In this document: positions 15,144 through 23,718 of the stretch, piece by piece
Position numbering within the stretch: position 1 is the stretch's first letter
Layout of the letters: each line of letters begins with the position of its first letter
Origin: an uncultured Actinomycetes bacterium
Lineage (GTDB): Bacteria > Actinomycetota > Thermoleophilia > Miltoncostaeales > Miltoncostaeaceae
Direction of reading: 5' to 3'
DNA length: 33,308 nt
Assembly: GCA_937862675.1 (NCBI GenBank)
Contig: CALMEC010000065.1
Location: forward strand, 1 to 33,308
Translations under genes and position numbers: made by a program
The notes under the pieces: model-generated
Database searches by the model: none
What the model saw: the letters and a program-made list of their open reading frames with translations, nothing else
Told to the model about the DNA's origin: nothing

Positions 15144-16325
15144 ATGAGCGACTACCAGCCACGGCTGTCGTCCCGTACCTCGCATTTCGTGCTCCCCAAG
15201 CAGTGGGCATCGATGCGGAAAGCCGAGGCGCTTGAGAAGGAGACCGGCAAGAAGGTCATCCATTTCGAAAAGGGTGACTTCCAGGGTGACGAGTTCTACC
15301 CCGCAAAGCACATCTACGAGGCGGCCGCCAACGCCGTCCACGAGGGACACGTGCGCTACGTCCCCGGTCCGGGTCTCCCCGAGCTGCGCGATGCCATCGC
15401 CGAGGAGGCGACGAAGCGCGGTCGTCCGACGAAGCGCGAGGAGGTGCTCGTCACGATGGGCGCCAAGCACGCGCTCACGCAGTCGCTCCTGACGCTCGTC
15501 GACCAGGGTGATGAGGTGATCTTCCCCAACCCCGGCTACCCGCCGGACGAGTTCTGGATCACCTACGCGGGCGGCAAGGTCGTCTACGCCCCGCTCGTCG
15601 AGCCCAACTTCGGTTTCGACCTCGAGGCCCTCGAGGGCCTGATGAACGAGCGCACCAAGCTCCTCATCATCAACTCCCCGCAGCGCCCGAACGGCATGGC
15701 CGTCGGTCACCTCGCCGAGATCGCCGAGATCTGCAAGCGCAACAACGTCATGGTGCTGACCGACGAGATCTTCAGCCACATGGTCTACGCGCCGTCGGTG
15801 CACACGACCATCGCCGCCGAGCCCGGCATGGCCGACCGGTCGATCCTCGTCGACACCTTCTCGAAGACCTACATCATGACCGGCTTCCGTGTCGGCTGGT
15901 GTGTCGCCAGCGAGGAGATGATCACCGCGATGGACATCTTCCAGCAGAACTCGGTCACCAACGTGCCGGCGTTCGTGCAGATGGCCGCCCTGGCCGCCAT
16001 CACCGGCCCGCAGGAGCACGTCATCGAGACGACCGCCCGCCTGCAGGCCAAGCGCGACCGCATGGTCGCCGCCCTCAACACGATGGACGGCATCGAGTGC
16101 GCCGCCCCGGACGGGTCGTTCTACGTGTTCCCGGACATCCGCGGAACGGGCATGACGGCCCAGCAGTTCGCCGACTACCTCATCGAGGACTACGGCGTCG
16201 GCGTCGTCGCCGGCTCGGCGTTCGGCGACCGTGGTGAGGGTCACGTCCGCATCACCTACGCGGCGCCCGACTCGGTCATCGACGAGGGCATGGACCGCAT
16301 GGCGGAGGCTGTCCGCAACCTCTAG
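15144..16325 (+). CDS. Class I/II PLP-dependent aminotransferase (AspC-like)
   Basis: 393 aa, starting 6 nt after the IclR stop. Motifs are GDEVIFPNPGYP, LIINSPQRPNG, DEIFSHMVY, FSKTYIMTGFRVGW (PLP-lysine motif) and RITYA. Confidence 0.82.
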   Translation: MSDYQPRLSSRTSHFVLPKQWASMRKAEALEKETGKKVIHFEKGDFQGDEFYPAKHIYEAAANAVHEGHVRYVPGPGLPELRDAIAEEATKRGRPTKREEVLVTMGAKHALTQSLLTLVDQGDEVIFPNPGYPPDEFWITYAGGKVVYAPLVEPNFGFDLEALEGLMNERTKLLIINSPQRPNGMAVGHLAEIAEICKRNNVMVLTDEIFSHMVYAPSVHTTIAAEPGMADRSILVDTFSKTYIMTGFRVGWCVASEEMITAMDIFQQNSVTNVPAFVQMAALAAITGPQEHVIETTARLQAKRDRMVAALNTMDGIECAAPDGSFYVFPDIRGTGMTAQQFADYLIEDYGVGVVAGSAFGDRGEGHVRITYAAPDSVIDEGMDRMAEAVRNL

Positions 16326-16354
16326 CCGTCCGCGGATCCACCGTCGTTTTCCTC

Positions 16355-16392
16355 GGAGGGGTGCCCGGTCGGGCACCCCTCCGTCATTTTCG
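16355..16392 (+). terminator. Intrinsic terminator after the aminotransferase gene
   Basis: Perfect 12-bp stem GGAGGGGTGCCC / GGGCACCCCTCC with a GGTC loop, followed by GTCATTTTCG. Confidence 0.75.
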
Positions 16393-16461
16393 GGTGACGC
16401 CGGCGTGGGGCCGGTAGGCTGCCCGGCGGAACACAAACCTTGTACCGACGAAGGAGACGAT

Positions 16462-16917
16462 GTGGCCGAAGAACGTTTGCTGTGGGAGGACCTCAACCCG
16501 GGTGACACGGCGGAGTCGCTGAACCGCACGGTGACCGAGGCGGACGTCGTCAACTTCTGCGGGGTGTCCGGTGACTTCAACTGGTTCCACATCGACGATG
16601 TGAAGGCCAAGGAGTCCGTGTTCGGGAAGCGCGTCGCGCACGGCATGCTCGTGACCTCCATCGCGACCGGCCTCCAGGTCGAGAAGATGGACCCGAAGAT
16701 CGCGACCGCCGCGTTCGTCGGCCTGAAGGAGTGGGCGTTCCGCGCACCGGTCTTCTTCGGCGACACCATCCGCGTGAAGCGGACCATCGGTGAGAAGTCG
16801 GAGCACAAGAACCCCGCCCAGGGGTGGTGCATCTACGAGATCGAGGTCCTCAACCAGGACGACAAGGTGGTCCAGAAGGGTCAGTGGAACATGCTGATCC
16901 GTCGCCGGGAGTCGTGA
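16462..16917 (+). CDS. MaoC-like (R)-specific enoyl-CoA hydratase/dehydratase, hot-dog fold (151 aa)
   Basis: GTG 16462 lies 5 nt after an AAGGAGA SD. Motifs are FCGVSGDFNWFHID, AHGMLV and FRAPVFFGDTI. Confidence 0.78.
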   Translation: MAEERLLWEDLNPGDTAESLNRTVTEADVVNFCGVSGDFNWFHIDDVKAKESVFGKRVAHGMLVTSIATGLQVEKMDPKIATAAFVGLKEWAFRAPVFFGDTIRVKRTIGEKSEHKNPAQGWCIYEIEVLNQDDKVVQKGQWNMLIRRRES

Positions 16918-16946
16918 CGTCGCACTGACGTGCGATGACGGTGGTT

Positions 16947-16982
16947 CGAGGGGCGCCCACGGGGCGCCCCTCGTCATTTCCG
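16947..16982 (+). terminator. Intrinsic terminator after the MaoC gene
   Basis: Perfect 12-bp stem CGAGGGGCGCCC / GGGCGCCCCTCG with a 3-nt loop, followed by TCATTTCCG. Confidence 0.72.
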
Positions 16983-17028
16983 GGACGGGGCGTGACACAC
17001 CGGGTCCCGTGCCGGACAGGTACAGGGC

Positions 17029-17601
17029 ATGAACCCACACCCCGATCCCTCGTCGCGGCGCGCGGCCCGTTTCCGCGCCCTCTACGAGGCCAACTACGCG
17101 GATGTGCTGCGCTTCGTCACCCGGCGCGTCCATCCGAGCCACGCCGAGGACATCACCGCCGAGGCCTTCCTCGTCGCGTGGCGTCGTCTCGACGAGATCC
17201 CCGCGGGTCCCGGCACCCGTCCCTGGATCTTCGGCGTCGCCCGCCACACGATCCAGAACACGCTTCGCGGCGACCGCCGCCGTGAGGCGCTGGCCGTGCG
17301 GATCGCCGACGCCGGTGCGCTCACCGCGGTCGCCCCGGCCGCGCTCGACGCCGACCTCGTGGCGCAGAGGATCGATCTCGTCGCCGCCTGGCGACGGCTT
17401 CCGGCGTCCCACCAGGAGGCGCTCGCGCTCGGCCTCTGGGACGGGCTCACCGCCCCGCAGGCCGCACGTGTCCTGGGGATCACCCCCGTGGCCTTCCGTC
17501 TGCGCCTCTCCCGCGCCCGCCGTGCCATCCGCCGTGAGCTCGAGATGACCGTACCCGCACCCATCGACCCGTCCGCCGTCACCGGAAGGAGCCCGTCATG
17601 A
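17029..17601 (+). CDS. ECF-type RNA polymerase sigma-70 family factor
   Basis: Region 2 (YADVLRFVTRRV...AEDITAEAFLVAWRR) and region 4 (LPASHQEALALGLWDGLTAPQAARVLGITPVAFRLRLSRARR) are recognisable. Confidence 0.82.
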   Translation: MNPHPDPSSRRAARFRALYEANYADVLRFVTRRVHPSHAEDITAEAFLVAWRRLDEIPAGPGTRPWIFGVARHTIQNTLRGDRRREALAVRIADAGALTAVAPAALDADLVAQRIDLVAAWRRLPASHQEALALGLWDGLTAPQAARVLGITPVAFRLRLSRARRAIRRELEMTVPAPIDPSAVTGRSPS

Positions 17602-18599
17602 CCACCCACCCGCGAAACCGCATCCTGGACGACCCGACCACCGCCGCACTCCGGGGGCTCGACGCCGCCCGGGTGGACGACGACGTCGTCACCGGACCCG
17701 GGGCCCAGGGCGCGCTGTCGCGCATCCTCGCGACCGGCCACGCCGTGCCCGCGGAGCCCCGGCGGCGTGCCGGACGACGTCACACCGGGCGGTGGGTCGC
17801 CGCCGGGGTCGTCGTCCTGGCCGGAGGCCTGGTCGCCGCCGTCAACCTCGATCGCGACAGCCCGTCGCGGGCGTACGCGTCCTGGACCCCCACGCCGGCC
17901 GCATCGTCTCGGCAGCATGCCGCAGAGACGGCCGCCGCGTGCCGGCGGTCGGCCCGGGAATCGCTGGGGCACACGGATGATCCCGGCGTCCCTCCCGACG
18001 CCCGCGCCGGCATGCCGACGACGGCCGACGTCGCCGCGGCACGCGTCGTCCTGGCCGAGACGCGCGGTGACTGGACGATGGTGTCGATCGCCGGACGCGG
18101 TGTCGACATGACCTGCCTCTCACACGGCACCGACGGCAGCCGCGTCGACATGGCGAGCGGCGCGCTCGGGGGAGGCGACGTGACGGTTCTCCCGGCGTCG
18201 AACGCCTTCGTCAGCGGGGGCATCGGTGTGGGGAGCACCCCGGAGGGGAGCTTCTCCCACATCACCGGAACCGTCGGACGTGACGTGACCGGGCTCACGG
18301 TCACGACGGCTGACGGACGCCGGGTGAAGGCGACGATCAGCGATGACCACTTCGCCGCATGGTGGCCGGGATCGCCGATCCCGGCGCCCACGGGCGGGAT
18401 CGACGACACGCCCCCGGAGCAGTTCACCGTCGATCTGACGCTTCGCGACGGCACCGTCCGCCGTGGGCTTCCGGGAAGCACCATCGCCTCCGGCGGCGAC
18501 GTCGTCACCCGACGGTCGGATGCGGCGGACGGCCAGGGCTCCGTCGTGCGGGGCCGGACCGAGAGCCGGACCAGCGGTGGCGGGGTCGCCATCCCCTGA
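17598..18599 (+). CDS. Putative membrane-anchored anti-sigma factor / hypothetical protein
   Basis: ATGA overlap with the sigma gene. It has a single TM segment (WVAAGVVVLAGGLVAAV) after about 65 cytoplasmic residues. I recognise no motif in the extracytoplasmic domain. The function is inferred from position only. Confidence 0.45.
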   Translation: MTTHPRNRILDDPTTAALRGLDAARVDDDVVTGPGAQGALSRILATGHAVPAEPRRRAGRRHTGRWVAAGVVVLAGGLVAAVNLDRDSPSRAYASWTPTPAASSRQHAAETAAACRRSARESLGHTDDPGVPPDARAGMPTTADVAAARVVLAETRGDWTMVSIAGRGVDMTCLSHGTDGSRVDMASGALGGGDVTVLPASNAFVSGGIGVGSTPEGSFSHITGTVGRDVTGLTVTTADGRRVKATISDDHFAAWWPGSPIPAPTGGIDDTPPEQFTVDLTLRDGTVRRGLPGSTIASGGDVVTRRSDAADGQGSVVRGRTESRTSGGGVAIP

Positions 18600-18606
18600 G
18601 CCGGAG

Positions 18607-18642
18607 CGGTCCACCGGCACCCGATGCGGTGCCGGTGGACCG
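18607..18642. terminator. Bidirectional hairpin between convergent genes
   Basis: CGGTCCACCGGCAC (18607..18620) pairs with GTGCCGGTGGACCG (18629..18642), giving a 14-bp perfect stem. Confidence 0.6.
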
Positions 18643-18666
18643 TCCCCATGGGCGGGGGAGAGGGCG

Positions 18667-20013
18667 CTACGCGCGGCGGGGCGGCTTCCCGTCGGCGTCC
18701 GCCAGCTCGGGGTGCCAGCGCCGGAAGTGGTTCAGGTGCTGCGGGGTGAGCGATCCGGGCGGGTAGTACTCGGCGTAGAAGTCCGGGTCGACGTGCTGCG
18801 CCTGGCAGGTGAGCCGCTGGTACATCGGATCGACGTACACCGGGAAGCGGCCGTAGGTGTCGATGCAGTACTGGCAGTACTTCTTGACGAGCTCCACCGT
18901 GTCCTCGTGGGGGCGCGGGATGGCCTGCACGACCTTGTCGGGCTCGAGGTAGGGCTTCGGCACATCGTCGTCGAGCGCCGCCCACTTCATCGCCATGAAG
19001 GCGTCGACGGCCTCGTGCATGTCGGCGTAGTACGGCGGGCAGAACGCCTCGTAGACGCCGTCACGGCCGACCGGCACCGACGGGCGCCCGTCCTTCGTGT
19101 CCTCGAAGCGGAACCCGAGTCCCTCGACGTCGCCGCCGCCCATGACGAACCGGGCGAGGTATCCGGTGAACGTCCATCCGCCGAGACCGAGCGCCTGCAT
19201 CGCGAGGTTCATGTTCTGGCAGATGAAGGCCTGCTCGACGACGAGCATCGACAGGACGCGCTGCTCCAGCTCGAACATCCCCATCTGGCGGACCGGATCG
19301 AGGCGGCCGGATGCGAGGGCGTCGTCGAGGCCGGCCGAGCGGCCGCCGTTCTGCTCGTCCACGATGGAGAAGCCGTAGCTCCGTGCCAGGTAGATGAAGA
19401 GCAGGTTGATGTACTCGATCGTGGTGTTCGTCACCGGGACGAACAGGGTGGTGCCGGGCTTGTTGGCGTTCCACTGGTTGAAGTCGAAGAGGCCCGGGAG
19501 GGTGGTGGGAAGCGGTGCGCGGCCGGGGCTCAGGGTCTTCCGCGCGCGCCGGTACATCTCGACGATCGCCTCGGCCTGGGCGTCCTCGTCCTTGCCCGAG
19601 AGGGTCATGACCTCGCCCTGCTCGGGCATGAGGTTGTACATGTCGAGCATGTGCAGGCCGGTGTCGTTCGAGAAGAAGAGCTCCGTCCCGTGGTTGGAGC
19701 ACGACGACGGCCACGTACGGGTGGTCCACTGCACGAGGGTGCTCATCCCGCGGACCGGGTCGAGATCACCGAGGTTGAGGCCCGTGAGGCCCGTTCCCGC
19801 GATGCACAGGAGTGCCTCCTCCAGCTCGGAGAGCGGGACCGGCTCGTAGGCACTCTCGAACTCGATGACGTCGGAGCCGACGGTCATCCCCAGTGCGACG
19901 CGGCGGCTCTTGCGGTCGAAGACGGACTGGAAGAACGGATACTGGAGGGCGTCGGTCAGTCCCTCGGGTGCGGACTGGATGAGCTCGTGCGGTGAGAGCT
20001 GCGGCGGATTCAT
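18667..20013 (-). CDS. Uncharacterised nitroreductase-superfamily-like protein with a Cys-containing C-terminal extension (448 aa)
   Basis: High-GC3 ORF with its own upstream AT-richer region. Nitroreductase-like hallmarks are an N-terminal FDRKSRRV motif (RRSxR-like flavin-phosphate motif) followed by LSELEEALLCIAGTG, and a distal EQAFICQNMNLAMQALGLGGWTFTG. The last 140 aa or so contain CQYC and other Cys residues. The assignment is tentative. Confidence 0.45.
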   Translation of the reverse strand: MNPPQLSPHELIQSAPEGLTDALQYPFFQSVFDRKSRRVALGMTVGSDVIEFESAYEPVPLSELEEALLCIAGTGLTGLNLGDLDPVRGMSTLVQWTTRTWPSSCSNHGTELFFSNDTGLHMLDMYNLMPEQGEVMTLSGKDEDAQAEAIVEMYRRARKTLSPGRAPLPTTLPGLFDFNQWNANKPGTTLFVPVTNTTIEYINLLFIYLARSYGFSIVDEQNGGRSAGLDDALASGRLDPVRQMGMFELEQRVLSMLVVEQAFICQNMNLAMQALGLGGWTFTGYLARFVMGGGDVEGLGFRFEDTKDGRPSVPVGRDGVYEAFCPPYYADMHEAVDAFMAMKWAALDDDVPKPYLEPDKVVQAIPRPHEDTVELVKKYCQYCIDTYGRFPVYVDPMYQRLTCQAQHVDPDFYAEYYPPGSLTPQHLNHFRRWHPELADADGKPPRRA

Positions 20014-20140
20014 ACGATCTCCTCGTGCAGGCGCTGAATGTCGTTGTAACAGACGATACCTGTGCGGATCGACGCAAAGACGAGATCCGTTGCCGGTAGT
20101 TCATTTCGTATGACGCCGCGGCCCTCTGCGGCCCGAACGC

Positions 20141-20170
20141 GGACGGGGCGCCCCGAAGGGCGCCCCGTCC
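20141..20170 (-). terminator. Hairpin terminator after the acyl-CoA dehydrogenase gene
   Basis: Perfect 13-bp stem GGACGGGGCGCCC / GGGCGCCCCGTCC with a 4-nt loop, 24 nt past the stop at 20194. There is no clear U-tract. Confidence 0.55.
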
Positions 20171-20193
20171 GTGCCGAGCGATGGGGGCGCGGC

Positions 20194-21339
20194 CTACTGC
20201 AGCAGGTCGCGGGCGATGATCATCTGCTGGATCTCGCTGGTGCCCTCGGTGATGGAGGCGAGCTTGGCGTCGCGGTAGTACCGCTCGACCGGGTACTCGA
20301 CGACGTAGCCGTAGCCACCGTGGATCTGGACGGCCTCGCGGGTCACGTAGTCGGCGACCTCGGCGGAGAAGTACTTCGCCATGGAGGCCTCCTTCACACA
20401 CGGACGGCCCGTGGTGTAGAGCCAGGCGGCCTTGTAGGCGAGGGCCTTGGCGGCCTCGACCTTGGTGGCCATGGTCGCGATCTTGAACTGGATGGCCTGG
20501 TGCTTGGAGAGGGGCTTGCCGAAGGTCTCGCGGTCCTTGGCGTACTTGATGGCCTCGCCCAGTGCGGCCTCGGCGATGGCCGCGGACTTCACGCCGTGGC
20601 TGACGCGGCCGGTGATGAGGGTGGACATGAGGGCGCCGAACGCACCCTCCTGGCCGCCGAGGAGGGCCTCGTCCGGGACCTCGCAGTCCTCGAAGACGAG
20701 CTCGGCCGTGTCGGAGGAGCGGTGGCCCATCTTCTCGAGCTTGCGGGTGACCTCGAAGCCAGGGGTGTCACGGTCGACGATGAAGACGCTGATGCCCGAG
20801 CCGCGCTTCGACTTGTCGGTGTAGGCGGCGACGATGCAGAAGTCGCAGATGGTGCCGTTGGTGATGAAGTTCTTGCGGCCGTTCAGGATCCAGCCGCCGC
20901 CCTCCTTGCGCTCCGCGCGCGAGGAGAGGTTGGCCGCGTCGGAGCCGGTCCCCGGCTCGGTGATGGCGTACGAGCCGATGATCTCGCCGGCGATCGCGCG
21001 GGGGAGGTACTTCTCCTTCTGCTCGTCCGTCCCGAACTTCAGGATCGGGAAGCAGGAGAGGTCGGCGTGCGCGTTGATGCTCGCCGTGATCCCGGCGCTG
21101 ACCTTCGACATCTCCTCGATGAAGACGCACTCGGTGATCTTGTTCTCGCCGATTCCACCGTATTCCTCGGGGAAGACGATCCCCAGGAGCCCGAGCTCAC
21201 CCAGCTTCGGCATGATCTCGACCGGGAACTTCTCGTTCTTCTCGGCCTCTTCGACGAGCGGAAGGATCTCGCTCTGGGCGAACTCGCGCACCATGGCGCG
21301 AATCTCTTTCTGTTCGTCGGTGAACTCGAAGTTCAGCAC
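20194..21339 (-). CDS. Acyl-CoA dehydrogenase (short/medium-chain type)
   Basis: 381 aa. Motifs are FTDEQKEIRAMVREFA, GLLGIVFPEEYGG, AITEPGTGSD, WILNGRKNFITNG, QIHGGYGY and EGTSEIQ. Confidence 0.9.
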   Translation of the reverse strand: MLNFEFTDEQKEIRAMVREFAQSEILPLVEEAEKNEKFPVEIMPKLGELGLLGIVFPEEYGGIGENKITECVFIEEMSKVSAGITASINAHADLSCFPILKFGTDEQKEKYLPRAIAGEIIGSYAITEPGTGSDAANLSSRAERKEGGGWILNGRKNFITNGTICDFCIVAAYTDKSKRGSGISVFIVDRDTPGFEVTRKLEKMGHRSSDTAELVFEDCEVPDEALLGGQEGAFGALMSTLITGRVSHGVKSAAIAEAALGEAIKYAKDRETFGKPLSKHQAIQFKIATMATKVEAAKALAYKAAWLYTTGRPCVKEASMAKYFSAEVADYVTREAVQIHGGYGYVVEYPVERYYRDAKLASITEGTSEIQQMIIARDLLQ

Positions 21340-21418
21340 TCTTTCCCCCTGGGGTTCGGTCGTTCTCGGGTCTGGCGTCGGATTCTCTCATGCCGGACGG
21401 CGGGATAGGCTTCCGCCC

Positions 21419-22180
21419 ATGACAGATCTCATGAGACTCGACGGGCGTGCGGTCATCGTGACCGGCGCCTCCCGCGGCATCGGCGCCGCCGTGTGCCGCG
21501 CCGCGGCCTCCCTGGGGGCCGGTGTGGTGGGTGTGGCCCGCTCGGCCGACCAGATGGCCGCCGTCCTGGACGACGTGCCCGGTGCGCGCGCGGTCGTGGG
21601 CGATGTGAGCGATCCGGCCGTGGCGGAGGAGGCCGTCGTCGCGGCGGAGGGCCTCGGTGACCTGTGGGGCCTCGTGAACAACGCGGGCATCGCCGCCCCG
21701 GGGTACCACCCCCTGACCGAGACCCCGGCGGAGGAGTGGGAGCCGGTCATGCGCGTCAACCTCATGGGCGCGGCCGCGTTCGCCCGTGCGGTGGGGACGC
21801 GCCTCGTCGCGGCGGGCCGTGGCGGGCGCATCGTGAACGTGAGCTCGGTGGGCAGCGTCGCCGGTCTTCCCAACATCGGCCCATACAACGCGACGAAGGC
21901 GGCGATGGACGCCATGACCCGCACCCTCGCCGTCGAGCTCGGTCCGGCGGGCGTCACCTGCAACTCCGTCGCACCGGGCACGATCGCCACGGAGATGGTG
22001 GACGAGCTCATGACCGCCAACCCGGCGCTGCGCGAGAAGTTCGTGTCGAAGACGGCACTCGGACGGGTCGGCGTGCCGGACGAGGCCGCCTGGCCGATCG
22101 TCTTCCTCCTCACGGACGGCGCCGCGTTCATCACCGGTGAGACGATCCTCATCGACGGTGGCCGGATGGCCTCCGCGTAG
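21419..22180 (+). CDS. SDR-family oxidoreductase (253 aa)
   Basis: ATG 21419 within track ORF 20834..22180. Motifs are VIVTGASRGIGAA (TGxxxGxG), NNAG, the YNATKAA catalytic YxxxK, and PGTIATEM. It is divergent from the ACAD gene (79-nt spacer). Confidence 0.85.
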   Translation: MTDLMRLDGRAVIVTGASRGIGAAVCRAAASLGAGVVGVARSADQMAAVLDDVPGARAVVGDVSDPAVAEEAVVAAEGLGDLWGLVNNAGIAAPGYHPLTETPAEEWEPVMRVNLMGAAAFARAVGTRLVAAGRGGRIVNVSSVGSVAGLPNIGPYNATKAAMDAMTRTLAVELGPAGVTCNSVAPGTIATEMVDELMTANPALREKFVSKTALGRVGVPDEAAWPIVFLLTDGAAFITGETILIDGGRMASA

Positions 22181-22189
22181 GGCGGGCGG

Positions 22190-23674
22190 GTGCGCGTCGT
22201 CATCGCCGGCGGCGGGACCGCCGGATGCGTGCTGGCCGCGCGCCTCAGCGAGCGGCCGGGGGTGGAGGTCGTCCTCCTGGAGGCGGGCCCGCACTACGCC
22301 CCGGGGGCCTGGCCCCGGGAGCTCTCCCACGCGTACCGCATAATCAAGGAGACCCACGACTGGGGCTTCTTCGGCCAGGCCGGCCAGTCGCCGCGCCTGG
22401 TGCACGTGCCGCGCGGCCGGGTGGTGGGGGGATCGTCGATCACGAACGGCGCGATCGCACTGCGCGGTCTGCCCCAGCACTACGACGACTGGAATCGTCA
22501 TGTCGACGGTTTCGGCTGGGACACCTGGCTGCCCTGGTTCCGCGCCATCGAGACCGACCACCAGTTCGGCGACGCCGACTACCACGGTGACCACGGTCCC
22601 ATCCCGATCAACCGCTACCCACGCGACGAGTGGTTCGAGCTGTTCGACCGCTTCGCCGACGCCGCGGCCGCCCGCGGCCACGGGTGGGTTGACGACCACA
22701 ACCGGCCCGGTGCCGTCGGCGTGGGCCCGACCCCGTTCAACATGGAGCACGGCGTCCGCAAGACGCCGGCCGACCGGTATCTGGCACGCGCGATCGTGGC
22801 GGGGCAGCCGATCCGGGTGGAGAGCGGGCTCACCGTCGACCGTGTCGCCCTCGAGGCCGGCCGCGCCGTCGCCGTGGAGGCGGTCGCCGCGGACGGAGAG
22901 CGCCGCCGCTACGACGGGGACGAGGTCATCGTCGCCCTCGGCACCTATCAGAGCCCGGCGTGCCTGCTGCGGTCCGGCATCGGTCCGGCGGAGGAGATCC
23001 GCCCGCACGGGATCCCGGTGGTCCACGAGCTCTCGGCCGTCGGCCGTGGCATGCAGGACCACCCGAAGGTGAGCTACCGGTTCTGGATCGACACCGACGC
23101 ACCGGCCTGGCCCAACCCGTGGATCCAGGTGCTTCTCACCGCGACGGCGGAGGTCCGGGGGGAGGAGCGGCTCTTCCAGGTGATGCCGTACGCCGGCATC
23201 ACCGATGCGGGCCATCGCTACAGCGACTGGAACGTCCAGGTGGCCGACGCCCGCGGGCGCACCGGGTCGGTCACGCTGCAGAGCGCCGATCCCCTGGCCC
23301 AGCCGGTGCTGCGCATGGGGTGGCTCGACGACTCCGGCGACATGGAGCTCGCCGTCGCCGCCGGCCGCGAGCTCATGGAGGTGGCGCGCACCGCGCCGGT
23401 GGCCGACGTGGTGCACTCCTGGCCCAACCAGGACTCCCCGGACCATCCGCTTCGCACCGTCGAGACCTTCCACCACGTGGTGGGGACCTGCCGTATCGGC
23501 CGGCCCGGTGACCCGGAGGCGGTCGTCGACGCCCGGGGTCGGGTGTTCGGCTTGGAGGGCCTCTCGGTGATCGACGCGTCGATCATCCCGCGCGTGCCGT
23601 CGGCCAACACGCATCTCGCGGTGATCGCATTGGCCGAACGGATGGCGAAGTCCTTCTCGCCGGGTTCCGCCTGA
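22190..23674 (+). CDS. GMC-family FAD oxidoreductase (choline/alcohol dehydrogenase-like)
   Basis: GTG start 9 nt after the SDR stop. Motifs are VVIAGGGTAGCVLAARLSE, GRVVGGSSITNG, and C-terminal HHVVGTCRIG...VIDASIIP. Confidence 0.85.
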   Translation: MRVVIAGGGTAGCVLAARLSERPGVEVVLLEAGPHYAPGAWPRELSHAYRIIKETHDWGFFGQAGQSPRLVHVPRGRVVGGSSITNGAIALRGLPQHYDDWNRHVDGFGWDTWLPWFRAIETDHQFGDADYHGDHGPIPINRYPRDEWFELFDRFADAAAARGHGWVDDHNRPGAVGVGPTPFNMEHGVRKTPADRYLARAIVAGQPIRVESGLTVDRVALEAGRAVAVEAVAADGERRRYDGDEVIVALGTYQSPACLLRSGIGPAEEIRPHGIPVVHELSAVGRGMQDHPKVSYRFWIDTDAPAWPNPWIQVLLTATAEVRGEERLFQVMPYAGITDAGHRYSDWNVQVADARGRTGSVTLQSADPLAQPVLRMGWLDDSGDMELAVAAGRELMEVARTAPVADVVHSWPNQDSPDHPLRTVETFHHVVGTCRIGRPGDPEAVVDARGRVFGLEGLSVIDASIIPRVPSANTHLAVIALAERMAKSFSPGSA

Positions 23675-23718
23675 CCACCCGGGTCGCATGATCCGACGCG
23701 ATCCCTAGCCTGGATCGG

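Noticed and set aside
16941-16975. GGTTCGAG, a tRNA T-arm-like string near 16944
   Set aside because: It is part of the MaoC terminator stem. There is no acceptor stem, D-arm or anticodon arm around it. I saw no tRNA, rRNA or other known RNA gene in the window.
21197-23689. 830-aa minus-strand ORF, the longest in the track
   Set aside because: It lies antisense to the well-supported SDR and GMC oxidoreductase genes. Its translation is dominated by Arg/Gly/His/Asp/Pro runs with no motif. This is a typical shadow ORF of very GC-rich DNA.
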